A stretch of DNA of 64,000 nucleotides from Bacteroidota bacterium (GTDB taxonomy: Bacteria > Bacteroidota > Bacteroidia > Bacteroidales > VadinHA17), in NCBI GenBank assembly GCA_018262715.1, contig JADFDS010000040.1, positions 24,340-88,339 on the forward strand, written 5' to 3'. Numbering within the stretch: the stretch's first letter is position 1; each line of letters opens with the position of its first letter. This document shows, one piece after another, positions 27,499-37,270 of this stretch. The notes under the pieces were generated by a model, which saw only the letters and a list, made by a program, of their open reading frames with translations, did no database searches and was not told the DNA's origin. Both the position numbers and the translations under genes were made by a program.

Positions 27499-27556
27499 CT
27501 CTTCGGACTGCTGCGCTTTTCTTAATATATTTGCCTTAAACAACACAAGCCCGCAT

Positions 27557-28207
27557 ATGTCGCTTTTTACCCGCACCAACAGGGAACTCAGCGTAAGAAT
27601 TGATGAATTCTTTGATACAATAGAGATTGGCATTCTGATCTTCAAGGAGGGCATCAAGGCATATGTCAACGGTGACACAAATGCCTTCCGGAACCACCTC
27701 TCAAAGATCGATGACCTTGAAGGCAAGGCCGACAAGCTGCAGCGCAGCATCGAGAACGACATGATAGTTCATTCAATCCTGCCGCAGCAGAGGAGTGAGA
27801 TCGTTAAGCTGCTCTGGCAGCTCGATGAGATTATTGACACGGCGAAGAAATCGCTTAATGAGTTTTATGTCGAGATGCCTCGAATACCCGCTTCACTGTC
27901 ACATGAGTTCATTTCTCTCTCGGAGGTCTCGGGTAACTCGGCCGAGGAGCTTATGCCAGCCGCCAGGGCTTTCTTCCGCGAGCCTCACCTGGTACGGGAA
28001 AAGCTCATCAAGGTCTATTTCTTCGAGAGGGAAACGGATAAGGCGGCGTTTCAGATGAAGAAGAAGGTTTTTCATGAGATGAATGACCTCTCACTGGCTG
28101 AAAAGGCTCATATCAGGTACATCACACACCATATTGAGAATATTTCAGACACGGCTCAGGATGCAGCCGACCTCCTCGCCTCCATGGCCATAAGGCAAAT
28201 GCTCTGA
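27557..28207 (+). CDS. DUF47 / PhoU-like phosphate transport accessory protein
   Basis: Helical protein of about 216 aa immediately upstream of, and 2 nt from, a PiT transporter gene. This is the typical DUF47-PiT pair. ATG 27557 preferred over TTG 27488. Confidence 0.8.
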   Translation: MSLFTRTNRELSVRIDEFFDTIEIGILIFKEGIKAYVNGDTNAFRNHLSKIDDLEGKADKLQRSIENDMIVHSILPQQRSEIVKLLWQLDEIIDTAKKSLNEFYVEMPRIPASLSHEFISLSEVSGNSAEELMPAARAFFREPHLVREKLIKVYFFERETDKAAFQMKKKVFHEMNDLSLAEKAHIRYITHHIENISDTAQDAADLLASMAIRQML

Positions 28208-28209
28208 TC

Positions 28210-29409
28210 ATGATTTTCCTGTTTCTCACCAGCGGTCTCTTCCTGGGATGGACACTCGGCGCCAACGATGCTTCCAACGTGTTCGGATCCGCCGTCGGTT
28301 CAAGGATGGTCTCCTTCACACGCGCTGCAGTTACGGCCGCTGTTTTCGTTATTATAGGCGCTGTTGTACAGGGTGGTGGCGCCGCTGACACGCTGAGCCG
28401 CCTCGGATCAGTAAATGCAATGGGCGGTGCTTTTACGGTGGCACTGGCAGCCGGATTGACTGTATACTTCATGACAAGGGCCGGGTTGCCGGTATCAACT
28501 ACACAGGCCATCGTGGGTGCTATCATCGGCTGGAACTTCTTTACCGACAACGCAGTCGATACCAGGGTGCTGACACAGATCGTATCTACCTGGATCACGG
28601 GACCGGTGCTCGGAGCAATATTCGCATATGCCTTATATCACCTTGTGAAAACAGCAAGGCGAAGAATCAGAATGCACCTCCTGAAATACGAAAACTGGCT
28701 GCGCATGGGTCTGATGACCGTTGGCGCATTCGGCGCTTACAGCCTTGGGGCAAACAATATTGCCAACGTTATGGGTGTATTCGTGCCAAGCATCCCTCTT
28801 GAGGATGCGGACTTCGGCATCTTTGTGCTCAGCGGGGCACAGCAGCTCTTCTTCCTCGGTGGCATCGCCATAGCAGCCGGCATACTGACTTATTCAAAGA
28901 AGGTGATGCAGACGGTAGGAACCAACCTCATGGAGCTTTCATCCGAGGCCGCTTTCGTGGTGGTGCTCGCACAGGCACTGGTACTGTTTATCTTCTCATC
29001 ATCTTCACTCTCAGGATTAATGGTAAGGATCGGTCTGCCACCCATACCCCTGGTACCGGTTTCAAGCACACAGGTGGTGGTAGGTTCAATACTTGGAATA
29101 GGTCTTTACAAGGGAGTCAGAAACATCAACCTTAAAGTGCTCGGAAGCATCGCCTCAGGTTGGATAACCACCCCCGTGGCTGCAGGAATACTTGCTTTCC
29201 TTATGCTCTTCATCGTAAAAAACCTCTTCAGCATTGACGTAGGACACTCGGTTAATCCCCCGGTATCTGCCGGCGAAGGGGTGAGCATGGCAACGATCAT
29301 CCGATACAGCATTCCGGCACTGCTGCTGATCACTGCAATATACCTGGTCTACCTTGTTCTGTCAGAAAAGAAAAAGACCGAACGGCTAAACAAAAAATAC
29401 TATGAATAA
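28210..29409 (+). CDS. Inorganic phosphate transporter, PiT family
   Basis: Polytopic membrane protein with the duplicated PiT signature GANDASNVFG / GANNIANVMG. Confidence 0.9.
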   Translation: MIFLFLTSGLFLGWTLGANDASNVFGSAVGSRMVSFTRAAVTAAVFVIIGAVVQGGGAADTLSRLGSVNAMGGAFTVALAAGLTVYFMTRAGLPVSTTQAIVGAIIGWNFFTDNAVDTRVLTQIVSTWITGPVLGAIFAYALYHLVKTARRRIRMHLLKYENWLRMGLMTVGAFGAYSLGANNIANVMGVFVPSIPLEDADFGIFVLSGAQQLFFLGGIAIAAGILTYSKKVMQTVGTNLMELSSEAAFVVVLAQALVLFIFSSSSLSGLMVRIGLPPIPLVPVSSTQVVVGSILGIGLYKGVRNINLKVLGSIASGWITTPVAAGILAFLMLFIVKNLFSIDVGHSVNPPVSAGEGVSMATIIRYSIPALLLITAIYLVYLVLSEKKKTERLNKKYYE

Positions 29410-29842
29410 GATTATACATCATCCGGTTGAGAATATTACCATGCGCCTCATCAAGAGCGAGGACCTGAATCATCACGGCACCCTTTTCGCAGGGCGTACG
29501 GCTGAGTGGTTCATCGAATCAGGGTTCATTGCCGCCACTGCCCTGCTCGATCCCAGAAGCGTGGTCTGCCTGAAGGTCCATGGAATGTATTTCGCCAGCC
29601 CTGCCAAGCCCGGCGAGGTACTGAAATTTGAATCCAAAATTGTCTATACTGGCAGGTCAAGCCTGGTGGCTCATATAAGCGTCTGCAAATCAACCTGTCC
29701 TAAAACGCTGGTTGAAGGCTTCGTTACCTTTATTCATGTCGACGAGGAGACCCGCCCACTGCCCCACAACATTGTCACGGAACCACTGACCGAGGCTGAC
29801 AGATTACTGTCCGACCAGGCAGCGGATCTGAAGAGATCCTGA
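29402..29842 (+). CDS. Acyl-CoA thioesterase (hotdog fold)
   Basis: N-terminal pattern LIKSEDLNHHGTLFAGRTAEWF, typical of the 4HBT/acyl-CoA hydrolase family. 146 aa. Confidence 0.75.
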   Translation: MNKIIHHPVENITMRLIKSEDLNHHGTLFAGRTAEWFIESGFIAATALLDPRSVVCLKVHGMYFASPAKPGEVLKFESKIVYTGRSSLVAHISVCKSTCPKTLVEGFVTFIHVDEETRPLPHNIVTEPLTEADRLLSDQAADLKRS

Positions 29843-29881
29843 TTCAGACTCGCTCCCCGGAGCCAGGCTGATCCTGACAAA

Positions 29882-31933
29882 TCACCAGACCGGAAGGAAG
29901 GAATATTTCTTCCCGTATTCCATCATCTGGCCCAGGAAATCTGAACAGTACTCAATTTTCACATCTGTTATCTTACCATTGCTGTCTGTGACAGGTGTCA
30001 TGACCGGATTAACGAATCCGCTGTATGGAGCCAGATTCAGTCCGGCATACCTTGCAAGTATCTCACCATGAAGTTCCTGATCTATCTTTACACCATAGTT
30101 CTCAATCATGTCGCGGCCAGCTGCGAAATCACCTTCCGACTTGATTCTCTGCACCTCCTTCAGCATCTCTCCGAAGAGTCCGCGCAGTTTCTGATAATCA
30201 TTTATCCGGACAAACGTCTTGTTGTCACGCTTTACCACCTCAATCACATTCTCAGACCTGCCCTTCTCATATACCCAGTGGGCTATTGAAGACCGGCACC
30301 TCATATGAGCCTGTTCTATGTCCTTGCCTGGCTGGATTCTTACTATCTGGGTCAGGAAACCATTGCGTATATAACCGTCATACTGTGCCCTGGCAGGTTC
30401 GTCCGTAGGCATAAGCCCGATCTCCGTCATCTTCGGATCCATCATGAAGTAAAGGGCAAACAGGTCAGCTCTCATCTCCTCCAGGGGAGAGGCATAGTTT
30501 TTCAGGGCATTGGGATCAGTTCCGGGAGCCAGCTTGCCGCTGGCGTGGCCGATGCACTCATGCATGTCAGTGTGCAGTGCATCGGAGAGTGATCCCCATT
30601 TTACCGCCCTGTCAATCTCGGCCTGATCACAGGCGAACTCCTCCAGGAACCCGCTTCCCCGTGACACGATATCCTTTGCATCAGTGATATTGGCAAGGGT
30701 GACTGATTTGGAGCCGGCTTCCGTTCTGATCCAGTTTGAGTTTGGCAGGTTGATCCCCAGCGGAGAGGCCGGGTAGCAGTCGCCTCCGAGCATTGCCACA
30801 TTGATTACGCTGGCGGCCACCCCGGTGACCTTTTCCTTGCGGTATTTCCCATCCACAGGTGAATGATCCTCGAACCACTGGGCGTTCTCCGTTATCAGAG
30901 CCGTCCTCTTCGAGGCTTCAGTGTCCTTATAATCGACTACAGCCTCCCATGTGGCTTTCATACCCAGCGGATCACCATATGTTTCAATGAATCCGTTGAT
31001 ATAGTCAACTGACAGTCCGGTGTTGCCGGCCCATACAACATTGTATTCATCCCATGTCTTCAGATCAGCGCTCCTGTAGTATTGTACAAGCAGGTCGAGC
31101 TCATTCTTCTGTGTTTCGCTCAGCGCAACATCACGTGCTTTTTCCAGCCAGTAGACTATTTTGTCGATGGCCTGACCGTACATTCCGCCACTCTTCCATG
31201 GAATCTCAGTCACCTTGCCGTCAGCCTTCACCACCTTTGTGTTCAGGCCCCATGAAACCGGTCTGGGATCTGCCGGATCAGCGAGCGAGGCATAATACTT
31301 CTCCACTTCGGCCTGTGTCACTCCCTCATAGAAATTGTTGGCTGATGCGGTTATCATGTCAGCACCCTCCGACTGGTCAACTCTTCTGGCATACAGTGCA
31401 GGGTCAAACAGCACCGGTGTGAGCATGGCGGTAAGGTCACCTGCGGTCTGTCCCTCTTTTAACGGCAGGCGGGCTGCGTCAGAACCGCTGACCAGCCCGG
31501 CAAAATAATCCGCTGAAAATCCCGGAACAAATTTGTCATTTGAATAGTGATGGTGTATGCCGTTGGCGAAGAAGACCCGCTTGGCATAGGTGATGAATGC
31601 CTTGTAATCAGTGCTCTCGCGGTCACCGTCATATGTATCGATTATTGCCTCGATGGTCTTGCGGATGAGCATGTTATATTTAAAGTTCTGATCCCAAAGT
31701 ATGTCGCGGCCACACAGAGCTGCCTCAGACAGGTAATAGATGAATTCCTTCTCCCCTGACGTCAGTTGTTCAAACGCTGGCAGGCGGTACTTAAGCACGC
31801 TGATATCTTCAAACCTGTCAACTTCATAGTTGAATTCAGCCTCCGGTGCTGCCTTTTTGCCGGCCTGCCCGCATGAGGTCAATAGCGCTGTTCCCATAAA
31901 TGCAATCGTTCCGATTAGTAAGAATTTTTTCAT
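29882..31933 (-). CDS. Dipeptidyl-peptidase III (M49) family lipoprotein
   Basis: Lipobox LLTSCGQ. M49 zinc motifs HECIGH (HExxGH) and EEMRAD (EExRAE/D). Confidence 0.85.
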   Translation of the reverse strand: MKKFLLIGTIAFMGTALLTSCGQAGKKAAPEAEFNYEVDRFEDISVLKYRLPAFEQLTSGEKEFIYYLSEAALCGRDILWDQNFKYNMLIRKTIEAIIDTYDGDRESTDYKAFITYAKRVFFANGIHHHYSNDKFVPGFSADYFAGLVSGSDAARLPLKEGQTAGDLTAMLTPVLFDPALYARRVDQSEGADMITASANNFYEGVTQAEVEKYYASLADPADPRPVSWGLNTKVVKADGKVTEIPWKSGGMYGQAIDKIVYWLEKARDVALSETQKNELDLLVQYYRSADLKTWDEYNVVWAGNTGLSVDYINGFIETYGDPLGMKATWEAVVDYKDTEASKRTALITENAQWFEDHSPVDGKYRKEKVTGVAASVINVAMLGGDCYPASPLGINLPNSNWIRTEAGSKSVTLANITDAKDIVSRGSGFLEEFACDQAEIDRAVKWGSLSDALHTDMHECIGHASGKLAPGTDPNALKNYASPLEEMRADLFALYFMMDPKMTEIGLMPTDEPARAQYDGYIRNGFLTQIVRIQPGKDIEQAHMRCRSSIAHWVYEKGRSENVIEVVKRDNKTFVRINDYQKLRGLFGEMLKEVQRIKSEGDFAAGRDMIENYGVKIDQELHGEILARYAGLNLAPYSGFVNPVMTPVTDSNGKITDVKIEYCSDFLGQMMEYGKKYSFLPVW

Positions 31934-32002
31934 GATACGGCTTTGTTGTAATCAGGTATCTAAGGTAGCAAAAAGCTTTATCTCCTATGGGAAATTTACT
32001 AT

Positions 32003-32761
32003 CTATTGCTTTTTGCCCAGCAAATCCATTAAGCCGTTAATGAACGTCAACGGATGGGCAGGATTGCCGGGAATGTAAAGATCAATATGATGATTTTCAA
32101 TGAAATTCCTCTTAATGGCAGGACTGCCGGCAAAGAGCCCTCCGCTGATGGCGTCAGTGCCGACAAGAATGATTAACCTTGGCGCAGGAGTTGCTTCGTA
32201 GCAGATCTCCAGTGCCCTGGACATGTTTTCGGAAACAGGACCGGTGATGACAATTCCGTCGGCATGACGGGGTGAAGCCACAAATTCAATTCCGTACCTG
32301 CCCATATCAAAATTCACGTTCCCCGTTGCCCCCAGTTCCATCTCGCATGAGTTATCGCCTCCTGCCGACACCTGGCGGAGTTTCAGGGACTGCCTGAACA
32401 ACCTGCGGATCTCCTTCCTGACAGCAGTCTCATCTATCCGGACCGGATCAGCCTGGCCGGGCTTTATGACCAGGTCTTCCTTCCTGGTGGCAGCAATACG
32501 GTAGTCATTGGTGAACCTGTAAACCTCCGGCATTGCCAATGCACACTCATTGCAGAAGGAGCACCTGCCAAGATCAATGGCACCGCTGTTGCCGTCAATG
32601 GCGCCTGCCGGGCATAACGCAGCAGCTCTTCCGGCCAGGGCTGCAGTAATATCTGCTGAGATTACCGGCCTGCCCCTGAACAGGGCAGAGACGGGTTGAT
32701 TACGGAGATCAGGTACGTACTGTTTGCCGTGATCGGCGAGTATTTTAATCTCTTTTAGCAT
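32003..32761 (-). CDS. NuoB/HycG-like small subunit of the Hyf/Ech-like complex, fused to a half-degenerate ferredoxin segment; proximal-cluster cysteines mostly lost
   Basis: NuoB/HycG family blocks RHADGIVITGPVS, GTDAISGG and YIPGNPAHP. The expected Cys positions read D136, C139, D203 and N233. N-terminal AxxAxxAxxxCP (40-51) plus CxxCxxCxxxMP (67-78). Confidence 0.85.
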   Translation of the reverse strand: MLKEIKILADHGKQYVPDLRNQPVSALFRGRPVISADITAALAGRAAALCPAGAIDGNSGAIDLGRCSFCNECALAMPEVYRFTNDYRIAATRKEDLVIKPGQADPVRIDETAVRKEIRRLFRQSLKLRQVSAGGDNSCEMELGATGNVNFDMGRYGIEFVASPRHADGIVITGPVSENMSRALEICYEATPAPRLIILVGTDAISGGLFAGSPAIKRNFIENHHIDLYIPGNPAHPLTFINGLMDLLGKKQ

Positions 32762-32778
32762 TGCCTTTCAGGTATTAT

Positions 32779-34299
32779 CTACAGGTCGTTGCCACAGTAA
32801 GAAAGGTTAAAGCTCTTGTTGCATACCGGGAAATCAGATATCTCCTGGCTTCGTACGGCAAGGACAAGGGCCATCCAGTTATGCATGGAGGGATCCTTGA
32901 CCTTATACATGGCCAGCTTTCCGTCACTGTCAGTCACCGCCACATGGCATATCTCCCCTCTCCATCCTTCTGTCGCCGAGACAGCCAGGCAGTCAGGCCT
33001 GAATTTCAGGTCATACTGCGGTCTGCCGGTCTCCTTCGCACCACTTCTCCAACTGTCAATCAGCCTGCGGATAATCTCCACCGATTCTTTTACTTCAAGG
33101 GCACGGAGCATCCCACGGGCGAGAACGTCACCCGTTTCCTGCATCACCGGGTTGATCTCCATCTTCCTGTAATACTGGAAGGGATGGGTCGCACGCATAT
33201 CCCTGGGCACCCCGCAGGTGCGTGCAGCCATACCCACCGCGCCTATGGAAGTTGCCTGCTTCCGCGTAACATTACCTATATCCTCAAAGCGCCCGAGAAC
33301 GCTTGGAAGGGTATAAACACAACCGGTAACATTGCCGTATCTCCTGTCAACATCTTCCAGAACCCTGAGTATTTCGACCGCGGACTCCTCAGTGAGCGGG
33401 AAGTTCGATCCGCCGGGACGTATAAGGCCCTTCCCAAACCGGTTTCCACACCAAAACTGGGTTGTGTTTATTACCATTGTTCTCAGAGCCTCGCAAGCCA
33501 CCTGTCCCAACTGGTAAGCCACATCACCGCACAGAGCAGCCGTATCACCTATGTGCACGGCAATTCGTTCAAGCTCCAGGGCAATGCAGCGCTCGGCCTG
33601 GAGTGAAACCGGAGGCTCAAAACCTGCCAGCGATTCAGCCAGCTGTGCATGTGCCAGACCGTGTGCCACGGCACTGTCGCCTGCAATGTCTTCCGCAAGG
33701 AGTGCCCGACGCAGACTGTCACCGGCAGACGTGAGGAGCTTCTCAATACCCCGGTGCTGGTATCCAAGCTGAATCTCAAGATGCAGTACCCTCTCACCGT
33801 TGCATATGAACCGGAAGTGACCGGGCTCGATCACACCTGCATGAATGGGCCCCACTCCCACCTCATGAAGCTCCTCGCTCTCCATGCTGTAGAATGGATA
33901 GTTATCCATCACACTGAGCCTGTCAGCCCTGTCATGCGGATACCTCACCGGTTTGAGCCAGGGATGACCCTCGAAAACCACACCATGATTTTCATGTATC
34001 TCACGTTCAAATATATGCATCGCGTAACACGACGCCGTCAACGACTTCAGCGACGTGCCGTCATCTTTCTTAATGTGGCTTAGTATCCTTATCTCCCCGG
34101 AACCGTCATCGGCAATGATGCAGATGAACCTGAATCCTTCGCCGGTCCTGAAACAGGAGTAGCTCAGGCAATGATAACGTTCATCTGTCAGCATGGAGGT
34201 GACTTCTTCATGGAACAGGTCATAACCGATCACCGGGATCTCAGAAAATCCTGCGGGTGACGAACCGTTCCTGACTACTGTATACCTGTTGCTGCTCAT
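32779..34299 (-). CDS. HycE/HyfG-like (NuoC-NuoD fusion) large subunit lacking [NiFe] cysteine ligands
   Basis: NuoC-like FEREIHENHGVVFEGHP. NuoD/large-subunit blocks GPIHAGVIEPGHFRF and GYQHRGIEKL. The L1 position reads AGDSAVAH (nt 33661-33684) instead of CGxCxxxH. The C-terminus reads FNLSYCGNDL with no CxxC. Confidence 0.9.
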   Translation of the reverse strand: MSSNRYTVVRNGSSPAGFSEIPVIGYDLFHEEVTSMLTDERYHCLSYSCFRTGEGFRFICIIADDGSGEIRILSHIKKDDGTSLKSLTASCYAMHIFEREIHENHGVVFEGHPWLKPVRYPHDRADRLSVMDNYPFYSMESEELHEVGVGPIHAGVIEPGHFRFICNGERVLHLEIQLGYQHRGIEKLLTSAGDSLRRALLAEDIAGDSAVAHGLAHAQLAESLAGFEPPVSLQAERCIALELERIAVHIGDTAALCGDVAYQLGQVACEALRTMVINTTQFWCGNRFGKGLIRPGGSNFPLTEESAVEILRVLEDVDRRYGNVTGCVYTLPSVLGRFEDIGNVTRKQATSIGAVGMAARTCGVPRDMRATHPFQYYRKMEINPVMQETGDVLARGMLRALEVKESVEIIRRLIDSWRSGAKETGRPQYDLKFRPDCLAVSATEGWRGEICHVAVTDSDGKLAMYKVKDPSMHNWMALVLAVRSQEISDFPVCNKSFNLSYCGNDL

Positions 34300-34304
34300 G
34301 ATTT

Positions 34305-35732
34305 CTATCTGGGTAGCGATGAGATGCTGGTGCTGATCAGGTCAGTAAGAAAGGGTGGCTGCCAGAAGCAGATCATAATCACGAGGGCCAGCAGGATGAA
34401 CTGGCTGACCGTCTCTACCGGGCTGACCATGCCCGGTTGCAGCAATTCACTGTCATTCCTCGGTGATGAAAAGCTGACATGCATTATCCTCGTGCTCATC
34501 GCATAAATTATATAGCAGAGAAGAATGACTGTCAAAGCCATGACCAGCCACTGGCCGTTGACTACCATCGCCCTGAGGATCATAAGTTCAGAGATGAACA
34601 TTCCTGACGGGGGTATGGCAAGAATGCAGATCATGCCTGTCATAAGCACCATAGCCCCTGCGGGATAGAGTTTCATATACCTGCCGCTTTCATCGAGCCT
34701 GAATGTGTGAAGGATCCTTGAAAGCTGTCCCATCTGGTAAAAAAGGCTTGACTTGGCTAAAGAATGGAGTACTATAAGCAGCAGGGCGGCATAATAGCCG
34801 TATCCGCCAACACCCAGGGCGATTGCAACAAGTCCCATATTCTCGAGGCTCGAGTATGCAAGCATGCGTTTCAGATGTTTTGCCTTCAGCATGTAACCGG
34901 CAGCTATAAGCAACGAAAGTACACCGGCCAGGATAAGTACATTACTCATGAATGAGAGCGCCGGAGTGCCGGAAAAAAGCGTGTAAACGCGATAGATGGC
35001 AAGGAATCCCACATTCATCAGGGTGGTGGAGATGAGCGCGCTCACAGGAGGTGGCGCCACAGAGTGGGCATCGATGGTGACTGTATGCATGGGAAAGAGA
35101 CCCATCTTGGTGCTGAATCCCACCAGCACAAATATGAACGCTATCTTGAGATACAGGGGATTGGCGTTGCTGATAACGTGACTAAAAGAGGAGAAGGAGA
35201 GGTTCGGGGCATCGCCGCGTCCGTAGATAAATCCCAGGAATAGGATTCCGAGGTAAGCCAAAGCAATACCCGTGGAACAAATAAATACGTATTTCCACGT
35301 AGCCTCCAGCGCCATCTCAGTGCGGTCGTGGTAGATGAGCACCGCCACGGCAAGGGTGGTTGCCTCCACGAAAATCCACAGAACCGTCATCGTGTTGGCC
35401 AGGTACGCTCCGGCCATGAATGTCATAAGTGCTATCAGCCCGGAGTGATATATATTAAGTCTCTTGACGGTGTCATCACGGGTATAGATAAAGCCATGGT
35501 AAACCGTAGGAAGAGTCAGCAGGGTCAGTACTGACAACAGCAGCACCGCCGTACTGTCATAGGTGAACCAGGTGAGTTCGGTGTTGCCCCTGTTAATCCA
35601 GGCGTGAACCGTAATGGCAATGAGAAGGGCAGAGAACGCAAGTGCAAATGCCCTCGTCAGTCCCCTGTTCCGGGAGAGGAGTGTAACGCCGCTCAGCGCC
35701 AGTGACAGTATGAAGAAGAGCAACAGCATCAT
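34305..35732 (-). CDS. HyfF/NuoN-like antiporter-type membrane subunit
   Basis: Polytopic. Mrp/Nuo antiporter-like blocks WIFVEATTLAV, GFSTKMGLFPMHT, MLAYSSLENMG and HSLAKSSLF. Confidence 0.85.
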   Translation of the reverse strand: MMLLLFFILSLALSGVTLLSRNRGLTRAFALAFSALLIAITVHAWINRGNTELTWFTYDSTAVLLLSVLTLLTLPTVYHGFIYTRDDTVKRLNIYHSGLIALMTFMAGAYLANTMTVLWIFVEATTLAVAVLIYHDRTEMALEATWKYVFICSTGIALAYLGILFLGFIYGRGDAPNLSFSSFSHVISNANPLYLKIAFIFVLVGFSTKMGLFPMHTVTIDAHSVAPPPVSALISTTLMNVGFLAIYRVYTLFSGTPALSFMSNVLILAGVLSLLIAAGYMLKAKHLKRMLAYSSLENMGLVAIALGVGGYGYYAALLLIVLHSLAKSSLFYQMGQLSRILHTFRLDESGRYMKLYPAGAMVLMTGMICILAIPPSGMFISELMILRAMVVNGQWLVMALTVILLCYIIYAMSTRIMHVSFSSPRNDSELLQPGMVSPVETVSQFILLALVIMICFWQPPFLTDLISTSISSLPR

Positions 35733-35734
35733 CC

Positions 35735-36349
35735 TTAATCCTTTAACATGGTCAGTTCATTTGTATGCGGCTTGAGCCGAAGCCCGAAAAAGCCCAGGAT
35801 CAGGACACCTACGAAGATGTCAAGAAGTATCCCGATGTTGATAAGCATCGGCATCTCATTGCCTATGGCCAGAGAAAAGAGGAAGACCGCATTCTCAACC
35901 ACAAGGAACCCGATCAGGTGCGAAATAATGAGCTTGTGGGTCACAATCAGAAGCAACCCGGTCAGAAGGGTGAACAGTGCTATTGCAAGGTATATCGAAT
36001 TGATGAAGGGATTCACAAGGATCACGGCAAGAATAACACTGATCAGCAGTCCCGCTATTGAAAAAAGCAGCAGGTAAAACCCGGGAACAGCCTGCCTGTG
36101 CACCTTTGTCACACCCGACTTCCGGATAATCCGGCTCAGCAGGTATGGCAGAAGCAGAGTCTTGAAAAGCAGCGTCTCTGCCACTATGAAGAGCAGGTTT
36201 GCCAGGTTGACCTCCTTAAGTTCAAACACTGCAATACCGCACAGCAGAAGGCCCTGCAGCGCCACCAGCCTTACATACGTACTCAGCCTTTCTGCCGAGG
36301 CAAAGTAGATGAGAGTCACCGCAAAGAGAACTATAAGGTAGTTTACCAT
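35735..36349 (-). CDS. HyfE-like small membrane subunit (NuoK-related)
   Basis: 204 aa with about 6 TM helices and an intramembrane Glu (FLVVENAVFLF). Its position between the HyfC-like and HyfF-like genes matches hyf gene order. Confidence 0.7.
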   Translation of the reverse strand: MVNYLIVLFAVTLIYFASAERLSTYVRLVALQGLLLCGIAVFELKEVNLANLLFIVAETLLFKTLLLPYLLSRIIRKSGVTKVHRQAVPGFYLLLFSIAGLLISVILAVILVNPFINSIYLAIALFTLLTGLLLIVTHKLIISHLIGFLVVENAVFLFSLAIGNEMPMLINIGILLDIFVGVLILGFFGLRLKPHTNELTMLKD

Positions 36350-36355
36350 TTCCTT

Positions 36356-37270
36356 TCAGGCCAGTTTTTCAGTCAGTATCAGAATAACCATAAACGCGAT
36401 GAGGGCTATCGAGGACAGAGTCAGGATGAACTTCGGATTCTTGTTCATCTTGTTCCTTGCCCTGAATGATTCCGTAAATCCGATTACCACGGCAAAAAGA
36501 GCCTGCACAGCGAAAAAGAGCCCGGTCTGCAGAATCACATTCCATCCGGCAGGTACAACGAGATTATATATCAGCGAGCCATAGATGGCAAATTTCAGGT
36601 ATGTGCCAATATGGATCAGCGCCTTATCGAAGCCGCTGTAGTCAAGTATCATCACCTCGTGGATCATGGTCAGCTCAAGGTGTGTCTTCGGATCGTCGAC
36701 AGGCAGCCTGCTGTTTTCTATCATGGCAATCTGAACCAGGAGATAAGCCCCTATAATACTGTAAATCAACACATAATCATTCCCGGTAATAAAGAAGTGG
36801 TTAAATATTACGGAAAATGAGGTGTATCCGGTGAACATTGCAAAGGTGGCAATCAGAATGAAGAAGGCCGGTTCAACAAGCATTGAGAAGAGGGCTTCAC
36901 GGCTGGCTCCCATCCCTTCAAAGCTGCTTCCGGTATCAAGAGCTGCAATTATCGTAAAAAACTTTCCGAGAGCTAGCAGGTAAGCGAACATGATGAAATC
37001 GCCCTCAAAGGAAAGCACTGCCTTTTGCTCCGCAAAGGGCAGAAACAGCATGGCTCCGGTGACTGTTGCCAGGGTGACCGACGGAGCTATTCTGAAAATC
37101 AGGCCGGTGGTGTCACTGAATACACTCCCTTTCCTGAACAGGACAGCAATATCCTTCCATGGCTGGAATATACCCGGGCCTTTGCGTCCGGAGGCGATGC
37201 TCTTCGTCCGGAGGATTACTCCGGGGAAAAAGAAGGCTGCGACAGCTATGAGTACAAATCCTGCCATCAT
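36356..37270 (-). CDS. HycD/HyfC/NuoH-like membrane subunit
   Basis: Signature block ENSRLPVDDPKTHLELTMIHEVMILDYSG (compare the HycD/NuoH family) and N-terminal RTKSIASGRKGPGIFQPWKD. Confidence 0.85.
   Translation of the reverse strand: MMAGFVLIAVAAFFFPGVILRTKSIASGRKGPGIFQPWKDIAVLFRKGSVFSDTTGLIFRIAPSVTLATVTGAMLFLPFAEQKAVLSFEGDFIMFAYLLALGKFFTIIAALDTGSSFEGMGASREALFSMLVEPAFFILIATFAMFTGYTSFSVIFNHFFITGNDYVLIYSIIGAYLLVQIAMIENSRLPVDDPKTHLELTMIHEVMILDYSGFDKALIHIGTYLKFAIYGSLIYNLVVPAGWNVILQTGLFFAVQALFAVVIGFTESFRARNKMNKNPKFILTLSSIALIAFMVILILTEKLA

Noticed and set aside
32761-33606. 281-aa ORF on the plus strand
   Set aside because: It is entirely antisense to the HycE/NuoD-like gene, which has unmistakable family motifs. 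Its composition is Arg/Ser/Pro/His-rich, typical of a shadow ORF.
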